64,000 bases of DNA from Planctomycetota bacterium (GTDB taxonomy: Bacteria; Planctomycetota; MHYJ01; JACPRB01): NCBI GenBank assembly GCA_016209705.1, contig JACQVR010000065.1, positions 965 through 64,964 on the forward strand, in the 5' to 3' direction. Positions 1 through 9,321 of this stretch are shown in pieces. Made by a program: the position numbers and the translations under genes. The first letter of the stretch is position 1; every line of letters begins with the position of its first letter. The notes beneath the pieces were generated by a model that saw only the letters and a list, made by a program, of their open reading frames with translations, had not been told where the DNA came from and ran no database searches.

Positions 1-165
1 CGCCGTGAGGTTCGCGGTCGCTCATCTTGTTTTTCCGGGCCCTTTTAATACCACAAGAGGAGGATGCGCTTTCAGAGTCCGAAGCGGGGGGGCGCCGGCA
101 TCCCCCCTCGCTTCGGCGGCAAGTGCCGCGCCCCGCAATCTTGTGACCGGATGGGACGGGGCGCG

Positions 166-253
166 GAGTCGCGAGTCGCGGGTCCCGAGTCGTGAGTCGC
201 GTTCCCCTGTGGGCGGCTATCCGACTCGGGACTCTCGACTCGAGACTCGGGAC
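166..253. repeat. Palindromic element of tandem heptamers (GAGTCGC-type x5, spacer, inverted CGACTCG-type x4-5)
   Basis: gagtcgc gagtcgc gggtccc gagtcgt gagtcgc ... cgactcg ggactct cgactcg agactcg ggac read directly. Confidence 0.85.
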
Positions 254-319
254 ACCGCCGCTCACCATCTGATCACTCTCCTGCGGGCGGCGGTAGTAAG
301 GGCGGCGGGGCGGAAGACG

Positions 320-1693
320 ATGGCCGCGGGGGTCGGCGTCCTGTGGCTGGCCTGCTCGCTTCGGGCGTGGGCCGCGCAAGAGCCGGCGCAGGAGGAGACT
401 CCGAAACCGGCGCCGGAGAAGCCGACTCAAAACGAATACTTCGGCATCCCCGTATCGGGGACTTTTTCCACGAAATATCGCGGCCGCTGGACGAGCGAGG
501 ATCGGGATCAGGATCTCTTTCATTACTTGTCGGTGGATTTCGGCGATCCCGCCCGACAGGACGTGACGGGACATCTCCTACTTCGAGCCACGCAGGATGT
601 GGATGGAGATCGCAATCCCGACGAGTTCTTCGCCTTCACCGACATCACGAATACCTTCAGCAATCGGAACAACGGCCGGCTGTACTACGCTTATCTGGAT
701 GTGACGCATGCGGGGCCGCTGGATCTGGCTCGCGCCGGCAGGCAATTCCTCTATGAAACCCCGGCGCTCTTTTACTTCGACGGCTTTCGGCTCGATTCGA
801 AGCCGTGCGCGGAGGTGAAGAATCTGCAAGTGGGCCTGTACGGCGGCGTCCCGGTTCATATGTATGAATCATCGGCGGGGGGCGACCTCTTGGCCGGAGC
901 GTATCTGGAAGCGCAGCCGTGGAAGGGAGCGAAGGCGCGCGTGGACTATGCCCGGATCCGCGACGATTACCTTTTCGGCACGCAGCGGGACGACCTCTGG
1001 GGAGCGAGCCTGCGGCAATCGCTGGGGGAGATTTTGATCTTGCACGGCCAGTACACGCGCCTGGAAGCGGAAAGCCGGGACCTGCTCCTGCGCGCCAACT
1101 TCTACGAACGGAGCCTGGATCTTCGGGTCGACCTCTCGTGGTACCACCTGTACAACTCCCAGAAGATCCTTTCCATCGAAACGGATTTCTTCTTTTCGTC
1201 CGCCTTTGATTATTTCCCCTACGATCAGGCGCGGCTCCTGGTCGCCAAAGGCGTCGGAGAGTACCTGGTGGTGCAGGGGGGGGTGGACGTCCGCGAGCTC
1301 GACGACGACGCCAAGGAAGCGACGTTCAATCGCGAATTCCGGCGCTTCTATCTCACTCCGGTCTTTTCAAACTGGCCCGTCCCGGGCCTGAGCCTCAGCC
1401 TGACCGGCGAGGCGTGGGAGGTCCCGGGCACCGACAACGGCGACATCCGCACGGGGGGATTCGACGTTAGTCATGCCTACTCGCCACAACTGAAGCTCTC
1501 CGCCGGGGTGGCGTACGCGCTGTTCAAGTACGACTTCTTCGCGAATCTGGAGCGGGAGCGCGTGAGGACCGTGTACGGGAAAATCACCTACAAGGATTTG
1601 AACGGGTTCAAGCTGGACGTGGCCTATGAACTGGAACACGACAGCCTGGATGATTTCCGGACGCTGAAGGTTGGAGCGGCCTATTCGTTCTGA
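320..1693 (+). CDS. Outer-membrane beta-barrel protein, putative porin of a porin-cytochrome conduit (~457 aa, start uncertain)
   Basis: Signal peptide (…LRAWAA/QE), alternating aromatic beta-strand pattern, C-terminal LKVGAAYSF BamA-type signal, directly upstream of multiheme cytochromes. Confidence 0.75.
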   Translation: MAAGVGVLWLACSLRAWAAQEPAQEETPKPAPEKPTQNEYFGIPVSGTFSTKYRGRWTSEDRDQDLFHYLSVDFGDPARQDVTGHLLLRATQDVDGDRNPDEFFAFTDITNTFSNRNNGRLYYAYLDVTHAGPLDLARAGRQFLYETPALFYFDGFRLDSKPCAEVKNLQVGLYGGVPVHMYESSAGGDLLAGAYLEAQPWKGAKARVDYARIRDDYLFGTQRDDLWGASLRQSLGEILILHGQYTRLEAESRDLLLRANFYERSLDLRVDLSWYHLYNSQKILSIETDFFFSSAFDYFPYDQARLLVAKGVGEYLVVQGGVDVRELDDDAKEATFNREFRRFYLTPVFSNWPVPGLSLSLTGEAWEVPGTDNGDIRTGGFDVSHAYSPQLKLSAGVAYALFKYDFFANLERERVRTVYGKITYKDLNGFKLDVAYELEHDSLDDFRTLKVGAAYSF

Positions 1694-1701
1694 AAACTCC
1701 A

Positions 1702-2718
1702 ATGATGAAGAAGGTGATGGTCGTCATGGCTGCGACGCTGGCGATTTCCCTTGGCGCCTGCGGGCTCTTGAAATTTCTCGGCCTCGAGAAGGAGCCGGAG
1801 CGGCCGTTCAGCCATCTGAAGCACGGAAAGGAGCAGGATCTGGAATGCCAGAGCTGCCACACGAAGGCCGCCAAGGGGGCTGAAGCCGGAATGCCCGTGA
1901 GCCTGAAGAAATGCATGTTGTGCCACGAAGGGATCGACGAGAAGCAGCCGCCGGAGCGGAAGCTGGCGGCGCTTTATCCGGGCGAAAAACCGGCTTGGTC
2001 GGAGGTGACGAAACTTCCGGACGAGGTGATCTTTTCGCACAAGGTCCATCTCGACAAGAAGGTGGGCTGCGCGGAATGCCACCGGGGGATCGAGGAGAGC
2101 GCGTCGATCACGGAAGCCGTACGGGTGCGAAAAGAAGCTTGCATGGGGTGTCACGCGGAGCGGCAGGCTTCCAACGAATGCTCCACGTGTCACACGGCGA
2201 TTCGGAAAGAGCGGTCCCCTCAGAGCCATGGATTGAGTTGGAAGGAAACGCACGGGAAGGTGGTGCGGCTCGGGATGGAAGATCCTCCCGAGAATCGCTG
2301 CTCGCTGTGTCATACGGAATCGACTTGCACGTCCTGCCACCGCGACGAGCCGCCGAAGAATCACACCCATTTCTGGCGCATCCAGGGACACGCGGTGGCG
2401 GTGGGGGTGGATCGGAGCTCCTGCGCGACCTGTCATCGAACGGACTTCTGCGACCGGTGCCACCAGGATACGCAGCCGCGCACGCACACGGCGGCCTGGG
2501 GCAGTCCTCGAAATTATCATTGCCTCTCCTGCCACACCCCGTTGCGTTCCGAAGGCTGCGCGCTGTGTCACAAGAGCACGCCGAGCCATGCCTTGGCGGC
2601 GCCCAAACCGGACTGGCACACGGAGGGGATGAACTGCCGGCAATGTCACGTGCCGGGGGGGAGCGGACCCATGCCCCACCCGGATAAGGGAGATAACTGC
2701 AATGCATGCCATCCCTAG
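1702..2718 (+). CDS. 13-heme cytochrome c lipoprotein (c3/c7-like N-terminal part)
   Basis: 13 CxxCH motifs counted; lipobox-like LGAC after hydrophobic stretch. Confidence 0.92.
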   Translation: MMKKVMVVMAATLAISLGACGLLKFLGLEKEPERPFSHLKHGKEQDLECQSCHTKAAKGAEAGMPVSLKKCMLCHEGIDEKQPPERKLAALYPGEKPAWSEVTKLPDEVIFSHKVHLDKKVGCAECHRGIEESASITEAVRVRKEACMGCHAERQASNECSTCHTAIRKERSPQSHGLSWKETHGKVVRLGMEDPPENRCSLCHTESTCTSCHRDEPPKNHTHFWRIQGHAVAVGVDRSSCATCHRTDFCDRCHQDTQPRTHTAAWGSPRNYHCLSCHTPLRSEGCALCHKSTPSHALAAPKPDWHTEGMNCRQCHVPGGSGPMPHPDKGDNCNACHP

Positions 2719-2738
2719 AAGCGTGTCGAGAAATTCAA

Positions 2739-2828
2739 GGAGATGTGGAGATATAGGGGATGTAGGAGATAAAACCACGATTCGTGGGGAGAACAGCTCC
2801 ATATCTCCGCTATCCCAACAATCTCCTA
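2739..2828. repeat. Intergenic palindromic element of ~9-nt units (GGAGAT… / …ATCTCC)
   Basis: ggagatgt ggagatata ggggatgta ggagat ... ctcca tatctccgc tatcccaac aatctccta. Confidence 0.7.
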
Positions 2829-2863
2829 GGGAATGCGCCAAGGGTGATTCGCGGGAGGAAGCC

Positions 2864-5731
2864 ATGAACGCAAGAAGAATCCGAGCGGTGTGGCCCCTGT
2901 TGGGTGCTGTCCTATTGCTGCCGATGTGCGGCTGCCTGGATGACGGAGACGAGGGCGTTGCGGGAGATCCCGGCGCCGCCGCGCAACCGCCCCCTACCGA
3001 TACGGTGCTCGATCCCTACAAGTCGCTGCCGGGCGTGGTCCTCTCCATCATCGACGTCGCGGGGGCGTCGGGCGCAGACGGGACGTTCCAGGCGGGCGAC
3101 ACGATTCGGGTGAAATTTACCGTCAAGAAGTCCGACGGCACGGCGCTCCCGGTTTCCGAACTGGACTCCACTTCGATTTACGTCTCGGGTCCCACCTTTA
3201 ACTATCAGCGCGTGATTCCCGCCGCCAGCAACTGGCACACGTCGACGGCATCAAACTCGGACGGCTCCTACACCTACACGTTCGCCTCCGCGATTCCTGC
3301 CACGTACGCGGCTCCCTACAACGATACGAACACCTTCGGGGCCAATGACGGCGAGCTCCAGGGCCAGCCCCTTCTGGCCGGCACATACACGATCGGCATG
3401 CAAGCCTACAAGTACTACACGGTCGAAGGGGTGAATTATCGCGACGTGGGCAACGTGACGAAGGATTTCCTTTTCGGCGGGGCGACCACGCTGGAGCCCC
3501 GCGAGGCCGTGAAACTGGAAAACTGCAATCAGTGCCACGTGACCCTTCAAATGCACGGAGGCACCCGCCGGGATACGAAGCTGTGCGTCCTCTGCCACAC
3601 CGCCGGCGCGGAAGATCGAAACGTCGCCTCGGCGGCGGGAGGCACTCCGGACGTGACCATCGAGTTCAAGGTCATGATTCACAAGATCCATAACGGATTG
3701 CATCTGCCTTCCGTGCTCGGAGTGGCCACCAATCCCAACGGCACGCGTGACTACGCCGCGACGCCGAAGCCCTACAAGATCGTCGGTTACAACAACAGCA
3801 TTCATGATTACTCCGGAGTCGGCTTCCCGGTTTGGCCCAACCTGAATGTGGCGATGCCGCGCGACCAGGGGCACGTCCCTTCAACTCCCGAGGCGTCTCT
3901 GGAAGACGAGATCCGCCGCGGCGTGACCGATTGCGCCAAGTGCCACGGAGATCCGGACGGCGATGGGCCGTTGACCGCCCCCGCGCAAGGGGACCTGGCG
4001 TACGCGCAGCCGTCTCGCCGCGCCTGCGGGGCCTGTCATGACGACATCGACTGGTCGCATCCGTACATCTCCAACGGGCAGACGATGCCATCGCAGGCGA
4101 ACGATTCGGCCTGCGTTCTGTGCCACGTGTCCACGACGAACGGCCTTGACACGGTGAATGCCCACCTGCATCCGCTCAAGAACGCCGCGCTCAATCCGGG
4201 CTTGAACGTCGACATGACGGCCGCGACCCCTTCCGTGGGAACATCGCTCGATCCGGGCGAGAAGCTCGCCGTCACCTTCTCCATCAAGGACGATACCGGA
4301 ACGGATGTCCAGCCCAGCGGGATCGGGCTCAACGTCGTCGTAGCGGGGCCGACCACCAACCGGAACTTGCTCCTGTACACGTCCATTCCCACGGACGCCT
4401 TGGGAGCCATCGCGCCCAGCTACACGTTGAATGTGCCGGAGCGCGTGGCCCTGGAGGGCCTCGGACTGGCCACAGGGGGGGTGGATGTCTTCACGACGGC
4501 CCGCGCTCCGCATTGGAACTTCACGGGCGATCTTACGAGCATCTTGGAAGGCACGTTCACCGGAACGGTCACGACCCTCGCGGCGGCGTCCACGGTGTTT
4601 CAGAACTACGTGGACGCGGTCAGTTCCACCGGGTTCGCCAATAACGACTATATCGTGATCGACCGCGGCTTGGGCACGCAAGAATACCTGCGCGTCCGGC
4701 GCGTCGAAGGGAATCGGTTGTGGTTCTCCACCCGGTACGACAGCTCGGTCTCCTATCAACCCTATCTCCGGATGGCGCACGCTTCAGGCGCCGGTGTCGA
4801 GAAAGTAACGGTCGCGACCAAGGTCGAAGGCACCCAGTGGAGTTGCAACCATACGACGGGCGAGGTCACGTTGGTCGCGGGGCAATTCACGGCCGGTAAG
4901 GCGGTGATTAGCAGCTACACCACGGACTTCGTCATGCCTTCCGTCTTCCCTCCGCCGTTGAACGACTCGCCCGATCTGGACGAAACATGGGGCGAATGGG
5001 CGGGGAAGGCGATCACGAGCGGGACGTACACGGTCGGCGTATGGGGTTCGTACACCTGGACGTACAACGCTTTCGACGACGGTGTTGCGAATCACAACAA
5101 CTCGTACCGAACGACATCCCTGCCCTCTAACAAGGACTTCCTGGTCGGTTCGGCAACCACACTGGCCCCGTACTCGCTCATCGATGTGAGCGCCTCGGGC
5201 GGCCGCTGCAACGAATGTCACAACGAGATCCTCTTCCACGGCGGCAGCCGGCGCAACGTGGAGACGTGCCTCCTATGCCACGGGACGGCCGGATCCGAGG
5301 ACTGGCCCATCTACCGCTCCCCCGTTCCGGCCAATGCGACGCCCGGCGTCACGATCAACTTCAGAACGATGCTGCACAAGATCCACATGGGGGAGGAATT
5401 GGCGAATGCCTCGACCTATACCGTGAACGGCTTTAACGGCGGCGGGCATACCTATGAAGAAGTGGTCTTTCCTGCCATGCCAGGGGCGGTCAAGCACTGC
5501 GACAAGTGCCACGGCTCCTCCGCCGCCTGGAAGGCGCCCGCCGACCGCAATCATCCAACCGAGCAATTCTCGCCCGTGCGCGCGTGGAACGCCGCGTGCG
5601 GTTCATGTCACGATTCCAGCGCTGCACAAGCGCACATCGGGCTTCAGACCTTCAGCGGCTCGGAATCGTGCGCCGTCTGCCACGGGCCGGGACGGGAGTT
5701 CAATGTCGAGTTGATGCATAAGAACCGTTAG
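2864..5731 (+). CDS. Decaheme OmcA/MtrC-family outer-surface cytochrome c lipoprotein (955 aa) with an inserted domain
   Basis: RBS GGAGGA at 2854-2859, ATG 2864, lipobox MCGC, 2x5 CxxCH, FKVMIHKIH/FRTMLHKIH motifs typical of MtrC/OmcA. Confidence 0.9.
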   Translation: MNARRIRAVWPLLGAVLLLPMCGCLDDGDEGVAGDPGAAAQPPPTDTVLDPYKSLPGVVLSIIDVAGASGADGTFQAGDTIRVKFTVKKSDGTALPVSELDSTSIYVSGPTFNYQRVIPAASNWHTSTASNSDGSYTYTFASAIPATYAAPYNDTNTFGANDGELQGQPLLAGTYTIGMQAYKYYTVEGVNYRDVGNVTKDFLFGGATTLEPREAVKLENCNQCHVTLQMHGGTRRDTKLCVLCHTAGAEDRNVASAAGGTPDVTIEFKVMIHKIHNGLHLPSVLGVATNPNGTRDYAATPKPYKIVGYNNSIHDYSGVGFPVWPNLNVAMPRDQGHVPSTPEASLEDEIRRGVTDCAKCHGDPDGDGPLTAPAQGDLAYAQPSRRACGACHDDIDWSHPYISNGQTMPSQANDSACVLCHVSTTNGLDTVNAHLHPLKNAALNPGLNVDMTAATPSVGTSLDPGEKLAVTFSIKDDTGTDVQPSGIGLNVVVAGPTTNRNLLLYTSIPTDALGAIAPSYTLNVPERVALEGLGLATGGVDVFTTARAPHWNFTGDLTSILEGTFTGTVTTLAAASTVFQNYVDAVSSTGFANNDYIVIDRGLGTQEYLRVRRVEGNRLWFSTRYDSSVSYQPYLRMAHASGAGVEKVTVATKVEGTQWSCNHTTGEVTLVAGQFTAGKAVISSYTTDFVMPSVFPPPLNDSPDLDETWGEWAGKAITSGTYTVGVWGSYTWTYNAFDDGVANHNNSYRTTSLPSNKDFLVGSATTLAPYSLIDVSASGGRCNECHNEILFHGGSRRNVETCLLCHGTAGSEDWPIYRSPVPANATPGVTINFRTMLHKIHMGEELANASTYTVNGFNGGGHTYEEVVFPAMPGAVKHCDKCHGSSAAWKAPADRNHPTEQFSPVRAWNAACGSCHDSSAAQAHIGLQTFSGSESCAVCHGPGREFNVELMHKNR

Positions 5732-5739
5732 GAGGAAAC

Positions 5740-6585
5740 GTGGCTTGCGAGTGCCGGAAGAGATGGACGCGGCGCGGGAACATGATCCTCGCTCAGGGAC
5801 TGTTCCTCTTGGCGCTGGCGTCCATCTTCTGGGCGGCGCTGGCGCGGCGCGGGCCGGCGGCCTCGATGAGCGAAACGCCGCCGCAGGACGTGCCGTCGTT
5901 GCCCCGCGGGCCGGAATCAAGCGGCCCCGTCGCGATAGAGCCTCTTTATGAAACACGAGATCCCGCTGCGGACAAAGCGGCGCGCACCCTTCTCCGCGGC
6001 GGGACCGAAAAGGCGTATGAACGCGAGTTTCGTGAAACCGCGCGGCACCGTCCGGATCGTCTCATGTCGGATATCGAAGCAACTCTGGCGGGCGAGCATC
6101 CCGACGCGCAAAAAGTCGCGGCGTTGCGCGCCGCGTACGAAGTCGGGCGGCTCGACCCGTTTCTTCGCGTGCTCGCTTCCGAGGCGGAAAGTCAGGCGCT
6201 GAGATCCTTCGCGTTGCGGTTCCTGGCCGGCAAGTCGCCACGGACGCCCTCGGCGCGCGCGCTCCTGGCCGATTATGTGAGGATGCGCCCGCCGGAGGAG
6301 GAACAACGACGCGATGCGCTGGCCGCCCTCTTGAGATGGGCGCCCGACCGCGAGCTGGCGGGATATTGGGATCTGTTGACCTTTGAGACCGCGCCGGGGG
6401 CGGCGATCGGCGCGGCGGTGGCCCTGCGCAAGAACGGGAACAATCCGACGGCCGCCGCGGCGCTTCAATACCTGGCGACCGCGCATCCTTCCGCCGAGGT
6501 CCGTCATCGAGCCGCAGAGGAACGTTCGGGCCGGTACTGTCCCGAACATGCCCAAGAGGCGGCGGACCCAGAAGGAGGGTATTGA
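5740..6585 (+). CDS. Membrane-anchored alpha-helical (HEAT-repeat-like) hypothetical protein
   Basis: RBS AGGAGG before GTG; N-terminal TM helix; Ala/Leu/Arg-rich helical repeats. Confidence 0.6.
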   Translation: MACECRKRWTRRGNMILAQGLFLLALASIFWAALARRGPAASMSETPPQDVPSLPRGPESSGPVAIEPLYETRDPAADKAARTLLRGGTEKAYEREFRETARHRPDRLMSDIEATLAGEHPDAQKVAALRAAYEVGRLDPFLRVLASEAESQALRSFALRFLAGKSPRTPSARALLADYVRMRPPEEEQRRDALAALLRWAPDRELAGYWDLLTFETAPGAAIGAAVALRKNGNNPTAAAALQYLATAHPSAEVRHRAAEERSGRYCPEHAQEAADPEGGY

Positions 6586-6667
6586 GCGATGGCGAGGAAT
6601 CGGCCGCATCGATGCGGAAAATTACGGACCTTTGCAAATTGATCATCAAGGACCGCGGTTTTCCGTG

Positions 6668-6683
6668 TGGCAAGAAGCTTGCA
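6668..6683 (+). promoter_or_regulatory. Sigma-54 -24/-12 promoter
   Basis: TGGCAAGAAGCTTGCA = GG-N10-GC, intergenic, upstream of c554 gene. Confidence 0.6.
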
Positions 6684-6695
6684 TGGAGATGAGTC

Positions 6696-7367
6696 ATGAA
6701 AAACAAGATTCCGGGCGGTGGGGCGGTGGCGGCGCTCCTGATCGCGATCGGCGCGGCCATGGCGGCGCCTCAAGGGCAGGATGCTGGGAACCGGTACATC
6801 GGGGTCGACAAGTGCAAGAACTGCCATGAGGCCAAGACCAAGGGAAGCCAGTTCTCGCGCTGGAAGGAGACGAAGCACGCCAAAGCCTTCGAGCTTCTCA
6901 CCGGTGATGAGGCCAAGAAAGTCGCCCAAGCCAAAGGAATCTCGGATCCGCACAAGAGCGAGAAATGCCTGAAATGCCATGTCACGGCGTTCGGCCAGCC
7001 CGCCGAACGGCTCGCCAAGGGATTCGAGCCGACCCACGGCATCCAATGCGAAAGCTGCCACGGGCCGGGCGAGAAGCATTTCAAGGTGCGCCTGGCGGCC
7101 GCGGAGGATGAGGAAGAGGGGTATGTCGAAATCCCTGACGGCGAGATCATCAAGAGCCCTCCTCTCAAAACCTGTTTGGGGTGCCACAACGAGGAGAGCC
7201 CGCAGTTCAAGCCCTTCTGCTTCAAGAAGCGGTTCAGCGAGATCCAGCATTGGGACCCTCGCAAGGAGCGAAGCGAGGCGGAAATCAAGGCCGCGCAATG
7301 CGCCTGTCCGGCGGATGGTTGCACCTGCAAGCAAGGGGAATGCGGTGAACTTCACGAGAAAAAGTGA
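6696..7367 (+). CDS. Tetraheme cytochrome c554-like protein with Cys-rich C-terminal tail
   Basis: Signal peptide; YIGVDKCKNCH, CLKCH, GIQCESCHGPG, CLGCH. Confidence 0.88.
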   Translation: MKNKIPGGGAVAALLIAIGAAMAAPQGQDAGNRYIGVDKCKNCHEAKTKGSQFSRWKETKHAKAFELLTGDEAKKVAQAKGISDPHKSEKCLKCHVTAFGQPAERLAKGFEPTHGIQCESCHGPGEKHFKVRLAAAEDEEEGYVEIPDGEIIKSPPLKTCLGCHNEESPQFKPFCFKKRFSEIQHWDPRKERSEAEIKAAQCACPADGCTCKQGECGELHEKK

Positions 7368-9321
7368 TCACCTGAACGCGCCCGGCACGTTGCACGTCCC
7401 GCGGCTGGGACGTTCGTTGGGGCTCGCCGCGGCGCTTTGGTCGGCGCTGACGGTGATCGGGCACCTGGGCGCCGGCGATCTGTTCCGCCACATGTCGGGA
7501 CAGGCCCTTGCGGTCGGAGCGTTCGGAGGCGCCGGCGTTTTCTTTTGGATGATTCGAAAGGGCCTCTTCCGCTGGTTGACGTCGCCTTCCTTCGCCGTCT
7601 CGGCGTTTGCCTTTCTACTTCTGGCCGCCGCGGTGGGAACCGTGGTGCCCCAAGGGATGCCGGCCGAGCAATTTTCGGGACGCTACGGCGCCTGGTCGGG
7701 CGCGCTGCGGTGGGGTGGGGTGCATGACATTTCCCATTCGGTTCCCTTCCGCGGGTTTCTGGTCCTGCTGGCGATTTCGCTGGCCCTGGTGGCGATCAAG
7801 CGGAAAGCGTGGCGCCTCCCGGAATGGGGATTTCTCCTGTCTCACGCGGGTGTCATCGTCATCCTCACGGGCGGTCTGATCGGGAGCGTCTTCGGAATGA
7901 AAGGGTTCATCGACATTCACGAAGGTCAGACGGTCGAGACCGTGGCGCGGCAAGGGGAAGCGCGGCCGACGAGCGGCGTTCCCCTGGGATTCGGCTTGCG
8001 CCTGGACGATTTCGAGATCGAGAGGTATCCGCAACAATACCGCCTTTACGTGTACGCCTTGGCGGGTGACGACGCTCGTGTCGTGGGCTCGCACGACGTC
8101 CGCGTGGACTCCGAATGGCGCCCGGCCGGAGGGGCGAAGGAACAGGTCCGGGTCGTCGCCGTCTATCCCGACTTCACGCTGCGGACCGAGTTGCGCGAGA
8201 CGCCGGAGGGCGGGCCAGCGCTGGTTCTGCGGCTGGAGGAATGGGATGGCCGCACCTTCCCGGTGACTCTTCTGGCCGGAGTCGAGGGCCGCGAGACGCT
8301 CGCCTTGCGCCGGCCTCCCGCGCGGATTCGCTTCCTGTGGGAGGAGGATCCCGCCGCGCTGGGCGCCAAGCCGGAGGAGCACCTCGTCACGTTCGAGGCG
8401 GACGGCGCGTCTCCTCAAGAGACGCACGTCGAACCGGGCGGAAGCTACGCACTGGGAGAGGCTCGCTATCAGCTTGCGGTACTGTCCTATTTCCCGGACT
8501 TCGCCTATGACTCGGAGCGGCGCGAGGGTTACACGCGCTCGTCCACGCCGGGGAATCCCGCGCTGCGCGTCTCGCTAAGGGACTCGCGGTCGGGTGACGT
8601 TGAAGAGCGCTGGCTGTTCGCGAAGATGCCGGATTATGGGGGAACGCACGGTCGCGGCTCCTCCGGAGTGAAGCTCTCGTATCGGCACGTGCCGGCGCGC
8701 GAACCCATGGAACGGGAAATCGTCGTCGCCGGCCGCGCGCGCCAGGTCGTCGAATATCAACGCGCGGTCGAGACCTCGCGAACCGCGCTGCCGCCTGACG
8801 GCGAGCCGTTGGCCGAGGGATTGGATGTGACGGTCGAGCGCCTCGTGGAACGGGCGGAGGAGCTTCATTTTCCCGCGACGCGGTCGGACGTGTGGCGGCG
8901 CCCTGCGGTGGGACTTGAAATCCGCTCGGCCCGCGGAACGCAGCGAATGCTCTTGAAGGCGGGCGTCTCCGAGGCGATCCGACTTTCCGATGGGAAGACC
9001 GTTCTGGTTCTGGATCGGAAGCCGGACGACGTCAAGGCGTTCCGCAGCCGCGTCACGGTCCTCGACAAGGGAGCCGCGGCGCGCCGGGCGACGCTGTCCG
9101 TCAACCATCCGCTCTCGTACGGCGGCTATCGATTCTATCAGTCGAACTATCGGGCGGAGGATCCCACGTACTCGGGGCTCCTCGTGGTCAAGGATCCCGG
9201 GCTGGGCGTCGTGTATGCGGGATTCGGGATGATCTGTGCCGGAGTGATGTTCATCTTCTACGTGCGTCCGGCGATCCTGCGTGCGCGGATCCTCGCCCGA
9301 AGAAAGGTGCTGGAAGGATGA
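7345..9321 (+). CDS. resB: Cytochrome c biogenesis protein ResB/CcsB (System II); start approximate
   Basis: N-terminal TMs with GTVVPQ, conserved H (LSHAG), large periplasmic domain, VNHPLSYGGYRFYQSNY and KDPG motif before last TM. Confidence 0.85.
   Translation: MNFTRKSDHLNAPGTLHVPRLGRSLGLAAALWSALTVIGHLGAGDLFRHMSGQALAVGAFGGAGVFFWMIRKGLFRWLTSPSFAVSAFAFLLLAAAVGTVVPQGMPAEQFSGRYGAWSGALRWGGVHDISHSVPFRGFLVLLAISLALVAIKRKAWRLPEWGFLLSHAGVIVILTGGLIGSVFGMKGFIDIHEGQTVETVARQGEARPTSGVPLGFGLRLDDFEIERYPQQYRLYVYALAGDDARVVGSHDVRVDSEWRPAGGAKEQVRVVAVYPDFTLRTELRETPEGGPALVLRLEEWDGRTFPVTLLAGVEGRETLALRRPPARIRFLWEEDPAALGAKPEEHLVTFEADGASPQETHVEPGGSYALGEARYQLAVLSYFPDFAYDSERREGYTRSSTPGNPALRVSLRDSRSGDVEERWLFAKMPDYGGTHGRGSSGVKLSYRHVPAREPMEREIVVAGRARQVVEYQRAVETSRTALPPDGEPLAEGLDVTVERLVERAEELHFPATRSDVWRRPAVGLEIRSARGTQRMLLKAGVSEAIRLSDGKTVLVLDRKPDDVKAFRSRVTVLDKGAAARRATLSVNHPLSYGGYRFYQSNYRAEDPTYSGLLVVKDPGLGVVYAGFGMICAGVMFIFYVRPAILRARILARRKVLEG

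Noticed and set aside
166..253. Short repeats as a CRISPR array
   Set aside because: Units are 7 nt, tandem, without unique spacers, and no cas genes are present; the same applies to the other repeat loci
5..319. N-terminal extension of the 562-aa ORF (SRESRVPSRESR…)
   Set aside because: It is the translation of the heptamer palindrome; the signal peptide begins near ATG 320
2702..2863. ORF-track start of the decaheme at 2702
   Set aside because: Overlaps the previous gene and crosses a repeat; RBS and lipoprotein signal support ATG 2864
6639..6649. FNR-like TTGAT…ATCAA
   Set aside because: Spacer is 1 nt instead of 4
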